A stretch of 64,000 nucleotides of DNA from a virus (IMGVR_UViG_3300037010_001386:2860-66859), one strand, 5' to 3'; counted from the stretch's first letter, positions 39,001-47,907 are shown. A program made the numbers and translations. The notes: generated from the sequence alone by a model not told the origin.

Positions 39001-41365
39001 TCTTTCGTATGGCGTTGAAGGAGAAATACAATTAGAGGCTGAAAATAATTTTGGACCATATTCAACAAGACGAGAGGTTGAAAATAATGTTAAATCTGCA
39101 ATAAGGGATATGTTTAATTGGGTCAAAGATAAAGATGACTTAAAAAAACTTAAAGAAGTTTCAAATAATCCATCTAAAATAAAAGATATTGTTGATTCAA
39201 TTTGCGAAGATTCGGATATTACAAAAACAGAGAAATCTCAAGTAGAAAAAGCAGATGATTCAAATTCTCTTAGAGCAGTAAATGCACGAAAACTTTATAC
39301 AGCACAACAGATTCATTCAAAATATGCAGGGAAGTTTGTAGATTTCTATCCTTATTATCATGATTATTGGAATGATAAAACTAATCGGTATGAAACTGTT
39401 TATGAGGTAAGAGGAGTAAGTAGCAAGGAGAGAGAGAATTATCGACCAGCAGAAGACATTGGTAAGTCTATAGAAAAAGCTCGAACAATTGGTGCTCATT
39501 GGAAAGGAGAGATAAAAAGGATTATGGCACAGGGCAAGAAGCAGGGTATTGAAAATATTAATCAGATGAAAGATTTTGTTTATGACAAACTTCCACAGGA
39601 AGCATTTGACACATGGGAAAGTGCATACTCGGAAATCGGTAATTTAGTTCATGAATATTGGGATAGTATTCCAGATTCTCGACCAAGTTATATGAAAGCA
39701 CAGGGCGATCATTTTTATTTTGGCGAGCGGGTTGATTTCATATTTGGTGATAATAACAGAGCGACAGGAAAAATTATTAGTCTTTGGAGGTCACGAGATA
39801 GACAAGCACTTGCAATTAAAAGCGATGAAACTGGTAAGATATATGAGTATTGGTCTGATGATCCTAAAGTGATTAAGCTCAAGAAATCTCAATTAAAAAA
39901 AGGAACTTTTGATTCTGATATAAAAGAAGAAGAGGAAGGTTCAGAACATTATGAAGACCTTGCAAATAAATATCCAGAATTTAGTTCAGAGTTTAATGAA
40001 ATGGCTCAACAGGAATTGGGACATAAAAAGAACCTTGAAGAAATGAAGAATAAATTAGATGCGACAGAAACTACAAAGTCAAGACAAGATATTAACGATT
40101 ATATAGATGATTATTATCGTGGCGGAGATCATCATTCTGAAGCAGAAAAAATAACAAATATTCTTTTTGATAATCCGAGTCTAGAAAAGGATTTAGAAAA
40201 AATAGGGAATGAATTTGATGTCAGCCATTATGTTGAGAGTTATTTAGATAGAACCTATAAAAAGAAATCTTCTTCTGAAATTAGAAAAACAACATGGGAC
40301 GTGACTGTTGAATATGCGGATGCAAAAGATGGATATAAAAGAAAGAAACAGACATTTAGATTAAATATAGCAGGAGATCCTGTATATGAATGGAGAGACG
40401 CATTGAGCATGAAAGTTGGACCATTAGAATTTGCACGTTTTACAGATACACATGTCGTTAAATATGATATGCCTTTTTTTGGAACGAGAAAATCAATTTC
40501 GAATGATGAGCAAGATGATACTACAGAAAAAGCAACAATGTATACTGGATACAAATGTAAATTATGTGGAGAAGAGTTTTTTCCATATACAGACCAACAG
40601 TTATCATCGCATCTTAAGAATAAACATCCACAACAATATAAAGAACTTCAAGATGCTGAAGATAATTACGAAGATTTAATGTTATGGGATTTCTTTACAA
40701 AGTTTAAGAGACTTCTGAAATCACAACCATTAAAAGTAACAGATGCAGAGATCCGAGATTTTTTAGGACAGAATAGTGATATTCATGATGTTGAAAAACT
40801 AATTAATATGGTTATGCAGAAATTTAATTTTCATCGTAGTGGAGCCATTGATCAGGTTTGGGACTTTATAGAAGATGTTATTCCTCCAGAGAGACGACAT
40901 CTTTATAAATCTCAATTAGTATCAAAAGCAATAGATGGTTTTATTAACAAGTATGAAAAAAGTGCTGTTACAGACGAAATAGCTCGACAATTACGAACTC
41001 TTGGATGGAAAGGACCAATTGTATCTACTGGTAGTAATTCAGTTAAAGTTAATAATGGATTAAAAGGTGTTACTATAACTTATAACGAAGGAAGTGATTT
41101 ATATGATTTAGTTCCTTATGACGCAACTAACGGATTGAAATATGGTAGTCGTATTAGCGATATATATGCAGATGATTTGGTATCAACTATTGACAGATTA
41201 ATATCACAGACGAGTAAATCACAAGTATCAAAAACAATAGATAATATTTTTGATAAATACGAAACAATACAAAAGCCAGGAGCATCGCATTCTATAACCA
41301 ATAAGGGAATATTAGAATCAAGGATTGATAGAAATGGTAATATAAAGCATAAATGGGAAGATTAA
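36014..41365 (+). CDS. 1783-aa modular polyprotein, putative capsid-internal cargo
   Basis: Many 40-90 aa modules, several internally duplicated, separated by K|S-type linkers; directly upstream of prohead protease. Confidence 0.75.
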   Translation: MNKLFKMLLRKTSDGTEEEDALKSADLTCWVQNANDLYEQGKSYNYIISDLQTKGVSPSDIAIVMDLFQQMVGDEGIVKSNVEKIIRHEGNEWVLYSHEGKVLGRHPTKESAEGQEAAVQANKSQVKKGLSYDEWEEKVIEELAKLLDAPISDIQGIIMLQSFILDREWAKDTDPKKVAQLIERASIVHRSQKELSRDEWEEKVIEEVAKFFGISISDAQGIVMIQPFILQKEWVKDTDPEKVAQLIERAATIHRSQDETSTEKDIVDYLDKSFSDDSVITVAVVKEKIRKAFPEIKSDWSVGVLASLWIDRQRLNKAFPSLSSNITKNLTDVRVAEKLLTEEESIKTYLHLDGDDLSGNPQYIKEVSKLSRFGVGPDVMRILEDAGHHSLVKVLMSLGSPSPAIQKSSFNVTKNANDDERVAERLMADETRINNDLHIQGGDRSNDPQYIDRIKRINRSGINPNVMAILEDENYHSLVSVLMSLGAPRPANKVRRGGIDDDELWGKSQDVTNKSIEKSRIPERTIMIASLDEMDYIQMGVKQETPTSWIDSNGNVWPKSEYKFVEELKPVKKDDTTNKSIPNRTEQAKVLINVDHDLRVKLGFFDGKSMNDPRNWNEYKQELSERFVGNVSQETLSDLKDSGYNSLVLALKELGRISKSQDVTNKGIYNKTEQAQVLINLDYYLRIKFGFFEGKSIKDPKIWNEYKRKLGEMFVGNVSQETLSDLKDNGRDWLILALKELGRISKSQDNVTNNTEKDLKTSLGVQRHNNRMDNIWNDAKELERKRVAAGEEPNPSLTSPEEAAKYGWVPVKIDGYNRYQRKAQKSQDNVTNKSFEKGSRYTIVRRTFEAEKYPKGSAERAKLNENPLTSEYAHSYKYAVVDGSGESMEEFYSKTDAQNWIDAHTKNTTNKSFENPTAEGERLMIIDNEIWDKFGFRSGSDVDKNWNKYKQAVNEKVHGKVSKETWEDLEDNNYHSMIKALNELGKLEKSQIQKGSLSYGVEGEIQLEAENNFGPYSTRREVENNVKSAIRDMFNWVKDKDDLKKLKEVSNNPSKIKDIVDSICEDSDITKTEKSQVEKADDSNSLRAVNARKLYTAQQIHSKYAGKFVDFYPYYHDYWNDKTNRYETVYEVRGVSSKERENYRPAEDIGKSIEKARTIGAHWKGEIKRIMAQGKKQGIENINQMKDFVYDKLPQEAFDTWESAYSEIGNLVHEYWDSIPDSRPSYMKAQGDHFYFGERVDFIFGDNNRATGKIISLWRSRDRQALAIKSDETGKIYEYWSDDPKVIKLKKSQLKKGTFDSDIKEEEEGSEHYEDLANKYPEFSSEFNEMAQQELGHKKNLEEMKNKLDATETTKSRQDINDYIDDYYRGGDHHSEAEKITNILFDNPSLEKDLEKIGNEFDVSHYVESYLDRTYKKKSSSEIRKTTWDVTVEYADAKDGYKRKKQTFRLNIAGDPVYEWRDALSMKVGPLEFARFTDTHVVKYDMPFFGTRKSISNDEQDDTTEKATMYTGYKCKLCGEEFFPYTDQQLSSHLKNKHPQQYKELQDAEDNYEDLMLWDFFTKFKRLLKSQPLKVTDAEIRDFLGQNSDIHDVEKLINMVMQKFNFHRSGAIDQVWDFIEDVIPPERRHLYKSQLVSKAIDGFINKYEKSAVTDEIARQLRTLGWKGPIVSTGSNSVKVNNGLKGVTITYNEGSDLYDLVPYDATNGLKYGSRISDIYADDLVSTIDRLISQTSKSQVSKTIDNIFDKYETIQKPGASHSITNKGILESRIDRNGNIKHKWED

Positions 41366-41399
41366 AAAAAATAACATAATTTTAGTATAATTAAAGTAT

Positions 41400-43481
41400 A
41401 TGAACAAGATAATCGCAACGTTTAATGGAAATACACCATTTAAGTTTTTTATAGAAAAAGCTGAATCATTTAATCCAGAAGATTATAATGGCGAATGGGT
41501 TATTTATGGATGTGCTTCTTCTACAAACACAGACCACGATCAAGAAAAAATGGCTCCTCAAGCATTGGAGCAAATGGCAGAGATAATCAACAAGCAACCA
41601 ATACCGCTTAGATATGAACATCAAAAAGATGAAAATTCTATTATAGGAAAAGTATTTGAAGCAAGTGTTGATGCTCGTAATAAATTGATGATTAAAGCAC
41701 AACTTGATAAAACAAATCCTATTGCAAAAGTATTATGGGACGGAATTATATCAGGTTCAAAAATGGGATTTTCAGTAGGAGGAAGAGTAGTTCAAGCGGC
41801 GAGAGAATTAGTGGAGGGAATAGGTAAAAAGATTAGAACATTTTATAAAGTAGATGTCGATGAAGTTTCAGTAACTCCTCGACCATCTAATTTTGATGCG
41901 TGGATGGTAAATCATTCTTTCGCTAAATCAATATCGGAGGCAAGCACATATAGAGATAATTTTAGTTTCTATGGTGCATTTTTAAGAGACAATCCCGGAT
42001 TAGATTATTTGGCAGTGATTGAAAAATCAATACCAGATAAAGATTGGATAAAGGTCGATAGTAACATACAAAATAAAAAAATGAAAATAATTAAAACAAG
42101 CAGAACTTCAACGGAAACAGAAGAAACAACACCATTTGTTGAAACAACAGAAACAGATTCATATGGTAAAACATCTCCAGATCTAATGGCAGAAGCAAGA
42201 AAATTAATGAAAATTAATGATGAAATTTATAATAAACTTGGAATTAAAAGTGAAAAAGATTTAGATGATAACTGGGATAAATATCAACAAGCAGTAAGTA
42301 GTAAAGTTAATGGAAAAATTTCTAAAGAAGTAATGAAATATCTATTAGATAATCGTTATTATGCAATAGTAAGTGCATTATTTCATTTGAATAAGATAGA
42401 AAAATCTCAGTCTCAGGAAGATGAAACATCAGAAACGACAGAAGAAAAAGAAAATTCTACCATTGATGAATTAATAACTTCTGATAAAAGTATTCCAGAA
42501 ACATCTGATACTGAAACGACAACAAAAGAAACATCAGATACTGAAACAACAACAAAGGAAGAAGATGAAGAAACTGTAACCTCAAAATCGTATGTTGATG
42601 AAGTAGTTGGAAATCTTAAAAAGGAACTTGATTCCAAGTTCAGCGATGTACTTGGCGTTTTAAAAGCCATTAAGAAATCTATTGATACTACCGACACAAC
42701 AGACGAAACAACTGAAAAAGATGAATCAGAAACAACATCTGAAACAGAAAAAGATATAGATGATGAATCTGAAACAACTGAAAAAGATGAAACTGAAACA
42801 ACAAATGAAACAACAAAAGGTTTTACAACTTCTACAACAGAAAAAGATGTAGACGATGAAACAACTTCTACAACAGAAAAAGATGTAGACGATGAAACAA
42901 CATCTACAACATCTGAAGCTAAAAAAGCATTTAGCAGAAAATCATCTTCAACAGAATCTACAACAACAAAAGCAGAAGAAACAATTTCTGAAACTTTTGA
43001 AACAACCGATTCTGACACAACAGATTCTGATGAAACAACAACATCTGATACAACTGATTCAACTACAAATGATTATGGTGCTGAATATGTAATTCCAGAT
43101 GTAAATGAAGCAATGAAATCTGCAAGAGCGATGGGAATAAATCCATTAGATGCTTTTGTATATGCTTTAACAAAGCATATCAAACAATTCGAGAATAAAA
43201 TAATGGAAAAGAATAATACAAGAATTGTTGGATTAGCAAATGAAGTTGCTACTATAATTAGAAACGATAAGACCATTCAAAAATCTATCAAAGGATGGAT
43301 GAATGAACCAATCGCTCCTAAATCAGTAGCGTTTGGAGTTCCTTACATTAAAGAAAGAAACGGAGATTTATTTAGATTAACACCTATTAATAAATCAGAA
43401 GACGAAGAGTTAAGGAAATCATTTGTTGGTAAGAGTTTCAAAGAACTTTATCAAGCAAAATATTCAACTACATTGGAATAA
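41400..43481 (+). CDS. HK97-family prohead protease fused to T/E/S/D-rich scaffold region
   Basis: IYGCASS..DHDQE, LRYEH, IGKV, MGFSVGG, DEVSVTPRPSN. Confidence 0.88.
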   Translation: MNKIIATFNGNTPFKFFIEKAESFNPEDYNGEWVIYGCASSTNTDHDQEKMAPQALEQMAEIINKQPIPLRYEHQKDENSIIGKVFEASVDARNKLMIKAQLDKTNPIAKVLWDGIISGSKMGFSVGGRVVQAARELVEGIGKKIRTFYKVDVDEVSVTPRPSNFDAWMVNHSFAKSISEASTYRDNFSFYGAFLRDNPGLDYLAVIEKSIPDKDWIKVDSNIQNKKMKIIKTSRTSTETEETTPFVETTETDSYGKTSPDLMAEARKLMKINDEIYNKLGIKSEKDLDDNWDKYQQAVSSKVNGKISKEVMKYLLDNRYYAIVSALFHLNKIEKSQSQEDETSETTEEKENSTIDELITSDKSIPETSDTETTTKETSDTETTTKEEDEETVTSKSYVDEVVGNLKKELDSKFSDVLGVLKAIKKSIDTTDTTDETTEKDESETTSETEKDIDDESETTEKDETETTNETTKGFTTSTTEKDVDDETTSTTEKDVDDETTSTTSEAKKAFSRKSSSTESTTTKAEETISETFETTDSDTTDSDETTTSDTTDSTTNDYGAEYVIPDVNEAMKSARAMGINPLDAFVYALTKHIKQFENKIMEKNNTRIVGLANEVATIIRNDKTIQKSIKGWMNEPIAPKSVAFGVPYIKERNGDLFRLTPINKSEDEELRKSFVGKSFKELYQAKYSTTLE
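42081..43481 (+). CDS. Probable nested in-frame scaffolding protein (466 aa)
   Basis: AAAGGTCG at 42050-42057 plus A-rich leader before in-frame ATG (Met228). Confidence 0.55.
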   Translation: MKIIKTSRTSTETEETTPFVETTETDSYGKTSPDLMAEARKLMKINDEIYNKLGIKSEKDLDDNWDKYQQAVSSKVNGKISKEVMKYLLDNRYYAIVSALFHLNKIEKSQSQEDETSETTEEKENSTIDELITSDKSIPETSDTETTTKETSDTETTTKEEDEETVTSKSYVDEVVGNLKKELDSKFSDVLGVLKAIKKSIDTTDTTDETTEKDESETTSETEKDIDDESETTEKDETETTNETTKGFTTSTTEKDVDDETTSTTEKDVDDETTSTTSEAKKAFSRKSSSTESTTTKAEETISETFETTDSDTTDSDETTTSDTTDSTTNDYGAEYVIPDVNEAMKSARAMGINPLDAFVYALTKHIKQFENKIMEKNNTRIVGLANEVATIIRNDKTIQKSIKGWMNEPIAPKSVAFGVPYIKERNGDLFRLTPINKSEDEELRKSFVGKSFKELYQAKYSTTLE

Positions 43482-43694
43482 AAAAAATAATGGTAGGGAA
43501 TTGGAACTCCCGAACCTAAAAGCCTATCTGAGACCAACGTCTATGAAGAAGGAAGCCTCTAAAAATGGCAAATTCTATTGGTAATGTTTTTATGGTCGAT
43601 ACATTTAAGTTCGCTTGTTTATATCTACATTAAGTTGTTATATAAATGAGATAAGGACAAAGCCAATTGTTATTAGTACATTTACAACAAAATT

Positions 43695-44738
43695 ATGAAA
43701 GAAATTAGTGCTTTAGAAAAAGCATTAGGAAGGATAGAAAAGGATGTTAATGTTTCGTTCGCTGGACCAATTCCATCAGGATTATTGGCACGTCAAGATT
43801 TGGAGTCGACATTAGTCGTGCTCTCAGATCGTCTTACGCCATTTCGTGATAGAGTTAGTCGTGAACAAGGACAGGGCAATGCCCATCTTTGGAATCAAAG
43901 AACAAGACTTGACACCATTTCTAAAGGACCTGCAGGACTGGTAAATTTGTTTTATGCTGATGGAAACATTCCAAATCAGAATGACCCAGCATATGTTCAA
44001 AAATCAGCTGCATACAAATACCTTGGTCAGACTGCGGTAATTACTGGCCCGATGATTGCATCAGGTAGGTCTTACATTGATATGGAGGCGGAAGTTGCCG
44101 AGGCAGCTTTACGTGCCGTTATACAATGTGAGGAATGGGCTGATTTCAAAGCATCATCGTCTGTCAATTCATTGGCATATGATGGTTTTGATGCTCAGTT
44201 AACAACTGCGGTCATTGATAATACAGGAAATACTTTAACATCTACAGGACTTACAATCCCTGCATTCGACTCAGTCATAAAGGCTACTCGTAATCAGGGC
44301 AATACTAAAGTAGATGCTATCTATCTCTCGTATGGTCTTCAAACATTAGTAAATCAGATAATCTCAGGACAAGCTCGTTACTTCGTTCAACCTGACGGTG
44401 GACGAGGAACGACTTTGGCAGCTGGTGACAATGTCGTCAGCTATATGAGTCCTTTGGGAAGTGTTCCTATTATAGGAGATTTCTTCTGCAATCCGACTTT
44501 GCCATATCCTTATGATGCGGCTGGTTCGTCTGATGTTTCAGGTAGTCCACTTTCTGATGTTTACTTCTTAAGACACGATTCGCTTGGAAATGAGATGGTT
44601 GATTTGATGCCAATAGGACGCACAGAACTTGCAAAAATTGCAGACTCAGTTCGTTTCTATATTAACGAATACACAGTTTTGGCTTTGAAAGCTGAACCTT
44701 GGAATGGCATTTTATTGAACGTCGCAGATCCTGCATAA
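43695..44738 (+). CDS. Major capsid protein
   Basis: 347 aa after protease/scaffold; LARQDLE, EEWADF, AYDGF, FYINEYTVLALKA; biased codon usage. Confidence 0.85.
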   Translation: MKEISALEKALGRIEKDVNVSFAGPIPSGLLARQDLESTLVVLSDRLTPFRDRVSREQGQGNAHLWNQRTRLDTISKGPAGLVNLFYADGNIPNQNDPAYVQKSAAYKYLGQTAVITGPMIASGRSYIDMEAEVAEAALRAVIQCEEWADFKASSSVNSLAYDGFDAQLTTAVIDNTGNTLTSTGLTIPAFDSVIKATRNQGNTKVDAIYLSYGLQTLVNQIISGQARYFVQPDGGRGTTLAAGDNVVSYMSPLGSVPIIGDFFCNPTLPYPYDAAGSSDVSGSPLSDVYFLRHDSLGNEMVDLMPIGRTELAKIADSVRFYINEYTVLALKAEPWNGILLNVADPA

Positions 44739-44762
44739 TCGTTCTTAAAATAAATATAACTT

Positions 44763-44825
44763 GTGGCAGTGAGAGATTGAGTGGTTCTTCCGAGCCTACT
44801 CAATCTCTGCTGGAAGCATTGTCAC
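44763..44825 (+). other. Nested stem-loop after the capsid gene
   Basis: GTGGCAGTG/CATTGTCAC outer stem and GAGATTGAGT/ACTCAATCTC inner stem. Confidence 0.6.
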
Positions 44826-44835
44826 TAAAAATAAC

Positions 44836-46035
44836 ATGATAGTAAAAATAATAGATAAAAGAGTAAGTGCTATTTTATGGAAAAATAAATATCTGCCAAC
44901 AAATGTAGATATAGATTTATCGGTAAGTGATATATTGCATTTCTCTAGAAGGAATCCAATAGAATTTAATATACCAACAATTGATTATAATCCTGAAACA
45001 TGGAAGAATAAACAATTTGTTTTAATAGGGGACGCTGATTCTACCAGTGGTTTTGGTAATTGCACGACTAATTTAATAACGCAATCTATTAAAAATAAAT
45101 ACGATATTAGATGGATTGGAAAACAATACGAAGTTCCACAATTAACGAGATATAATTATCAAGATATATCAACTGATATGGGTGTGGTATTCCACGAACA
45201 ACCAAAACAAGAATGGCTAACTTTACCATTCCAGAAAAAACTTGCAATTGTTCCATTTGAAACAACTCGTATTCCAAAATCTTGGGTTTATAAAATAAAC
45301 TCACTTGATGCAATAATGGTTCCTTGTAGTCAGAATGTGCAAATGATGAAAGATTCTGGTGTAACTATTCCTATTGAAGAAATAAGATGGGGTGTGAATA
45401 CAAAAGAATTTCCATTATTAAAAAGAAATAATAAGTATTTTACATTTGGACAAATGGGTGCTTTATCATTAAGAAAAGGAACTGATACTTTAATTAGTGC
45501 TTTCAAGAAAGCATTTCCTATAGAAGAATATCCAAATGTTAGATTATTATTAAAAACATCAAACGATGGTTTTTTATTTGAGACAAAAGACGATAGAATA
45601 AAAGTGCAAATAGGAAAATTCAATAAAAAAGAATTATTAGATAATTTCTTACAGCAAATAGATTGTTTTGTATTTCCTACAAGAGGTGAAGGTGCTGGAC
45701 TTCCTCCATTAGAAGCAATGGCTACTGGATTGCCAGTTATCTGCACAGATTGGTCTGGTCCAAAAGATTATCTTCCAATTGATTATACATATTGGCTTAA
45801 ATATAAAATGGTTCCTGCTACAGATTTTAGCAAGAAAATATATAAAGAACCTTGCGGAGATTGGGCTGAACCAGATGAAGAGCATTTAATAGAACTTATG
45901 CGATATTGCTATAATAATCAAGATGAAGCAAAAAAGATGGGAGAACTTGGCTCTAAATGGGTTCATAAAAATATGACATGGGATAAAAATATACATTTAT
46001 TCTTTGATGTTCTTAATAAGTATTTTAAAAAATAG
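44836..46035 (+). CDS. GT-B (GT4-like) glycosyltransferase
   Basis: PFETTRIP, RKGTDTLI, PTRGEGAGLPPLEAMATGLPVI. Confidence 0.88.
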   Translation: MIVKIIDKRVSAILWKNKYLPTNVDIDLSVSDILHFSRRNPIEFNIPTIDYNPETWKNKQFVLIGDADSTSGFGNCTTNLITQSIKNKYDIRWIGKQYEVPQLTRYNYQDISTDMGVVFHEQPKQEWLTLPFQKKLAIVPFETTRIPKSWVYKINSLDAIMVPCSQNVQMMKDSGVTIPIEEIRWGVNTKEFPLLKRNNKYFTFGQMGALSLRKGTDTLISAFKKAFPIEEYPNVRLLLKTSNDGFLFETKDDRIKVQIGKFNKKELLDNFLQQIDCFVFPTRGEGAGLPPLEAMATGLPVICTDWSGPKDYLPIDYTYWLKYKMVPATDFSKKIYKEPCGDWAEPDEEHLIELMRYCYNNQDEAKKMGELGSKWVHKNMTWDKNIHLFFDVLNKYFKK

Positions 46036-46068
46036 TGCATATTTTCTGTATAATTAAGATATAAAACA

Positions 46069-47052
46069 ATGGTAACACCAGATTATGTAAATATTCAAAG
46101 TGGAGATTGGGATAGCAATAGTAACAGCACACCAACTGGAGCTCCTTTCGCATTCGCAAAAGATAATCCTTATATTACAAAAGATTATCTTATATCTACG
46201 CCAGAAGCGTTGGGTTTAGGAATTAGTGCTACATCTGCAGATGGATTTTATGCGTCTGGAGCATTAGATGCTGTTATATTAGAAGCGAGTGCGATGGTAA
46301 ATAAGATTTGTCAGAGATATTTTGATGTGCAAACTATTGATGAACAAAAAACTCGATTTTCTGTAGCACCTGCAAATCCAGAACTTGTTACTGTATTTTT
46401 AAATAATTCTCCATATCAGAAAATTAATTCTATTTACATACAAGTATTAAAATGGTTTATACAGATAGATACATCTCCAGAAACGGGATATGTTCAAGAT
46501 TTTCCTGCAAATGGTTTTTATAAAATAGTTCCTATGTTATCAAATGCTGGAGCTGGAACTGGATCGCCAATACCATCAGAAATATTAGAAAGACAACCGC
46601 TTGGAGTTCTTTGGACAAATTATACATTCGGATTTGGTAAAAGATTATTATCTTATGGATTAGGAACAGCAGATGGAATAACAAATGTTTATCAAGCATC
46701 TTTGGGAAACAGATTATGGGCTCCGAGTCAGGGAGTTAATGTTTATTTTAACGGAGTATTACAATCTGAATATACAATAGATTATCCAAATGGAAAAGTA
46801 ACATTCAATACAGCACCAACTGCGGGAACTATTGTTACTGCAGATTTTACAACAAATGAATCCATACCAGCAGATGTTAGAAGAGCAACATTATTATTAG
46901 TAATTGATTTACTTGGAAGAGCTATGCATAATCCACTTGGATTAAGTAGCGAGAGTATTTTATCACATAGCGTTAGTTTTGGAGATAGCGTTATAGAAAA
47001 AGCAAAACAGATATTGAAACCTTATATCAAAAATACCATAAAATTATTCTAA
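46069..47052 (+). CDS. Head-tail connector/adaptor with inserted beta domain
   Basis: EASAMVNKICQRYF, IPADVRRAT, KQILKPY; promoter at 46034-46054. Confidence 0.65.
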   Translation: MVTPDYVNIQSGDWDSNSNSTPTGAPFAFAKDNPYITKDYLISTPEALGLGISATSADGFYASGALDAVILEASAMVNKICQRYFDVQTIDEQKTRFSVAPANPELVTVFLNNSPYQKINSIYIQVLKWFIQIDTSPETGYVQDFPANGFYKIVPMLSNAGAGTGSPIPSEILERQPLGVLWTNYTFGFGKRLLSYGLGTADGITNVYQASLGNRLWAPSQGVNVYFNGVLQSEYTIDYPNGKVTFNTAPTAGTIVTADFTTNESIPADVRRATLLLVIDLLGRAMHNPLGLSSESILSHSVSFGDSVIEKAKQILKPYIKNTIKLF

Positions 47053-47435
47053 TGACCCCAGACCTTTTTATAGATACTATTTCAGTAAAACGCAGAAAGA
47101 ATACAACTTCCGCAAGTTTAGATATTTTAAATAATCCTATTTACGGAGATCCAACGACTTGGGATTTTGTATATACGAATATAAAAGCAAGATTGTTATG
47201 GGGTTCTAAAAAAATGATATTTGCAGAAACGGGAGAATTAATTAGTCCGAATGGAACTTGTTACATACCAGCTAATATTAAAATACTACCACAAGATCGT
47301 ATTATAACAGTAGATACTCCTGGCTATAGTAGCAATATAGAATATGTTTGCGAATCTGTAATACCGGGATTTTCAATGTTAGGTGGTCCGATAGCATTTT
47401 ATGAGGTCGAATTAAGCTTACCTATATCAAATTAA
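47052..47435 (+). CDS. Head closure protein
   Basis: Size, position and ILPQDRII motif. Confidence 0.55.
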   Translation: MTPDLFIDTISVKRRKNTTSASLDILNNPIYGDPTTWDFVYTNIKARLLWGSKKMIFAETGELISPNGTCYIPANIKILPQDRIITVDTPGYSSNIEYVCESVIPGFSMLGGPIAFYEVELSLPISN

Positions 47436-47439
47436 AATT

Positions 47440-47907
47440 ATGAACGAAATACGCAAAGAATCTTTAATAGTAGCATTAAATAAATTTTATCAAGAATTGA
47501 AAGATTTGGGTGCAAGTGATTCAGAAACGAAAGATATGATGGCAGAATTTAAAAAATGGTTTGAACAATCATTAGATTATGACTTGGCTTCTAATCGTGT
47601 AATTGATAAATACTTTGGAAAGTCAATGAGTCAAAAAAATCATTTTAAAGAATCGTGGAGAACTGAAAAAGGTTTCTTGGGAATTTTTGGAACACCAGAA
47701 ACTGATAAAATTAGAAGATATATAGATACACAATTATTAAATGGCGAAAATCCAGCAGATGTATATAATGCATTGGCAGTGCTTGGAGCAGAACAGATGG
47801 GAATTGATGAGAGCACAAAAATGTTAATTAAAATCAAAGAGATGGTCGAGGAAGAATATAAAAAGATTGAAGACAAAGGTCTATTAGCTTGGAAAAGAAA
47901 TGGATAA
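47440..47907 (+). CDS. Hypothetical, possible minor head protein
   Basis: Contains FGKS and TEKG linkers. Confidence 0.55.
   Translation: MNEIRKESLIVALNKFYQELKDLGASDSETKDMMAEFKKWFEQSLDYDLASNRVIDKYFGKSMSQKNHFKESWRTEKGFLGIFGTPETDKIRRYIDTQLLNGENPADVYNALAVLGAEQMGIDESTKMLIKIKEMVEEEYKKIEDKGLLAWKRNG

Noticed and set aside
42413-43018. 201-aa antisense ORF rich in Ser/Val
   Set aside because: Mirror of the low-complexity Thr/Glu scaffold codons
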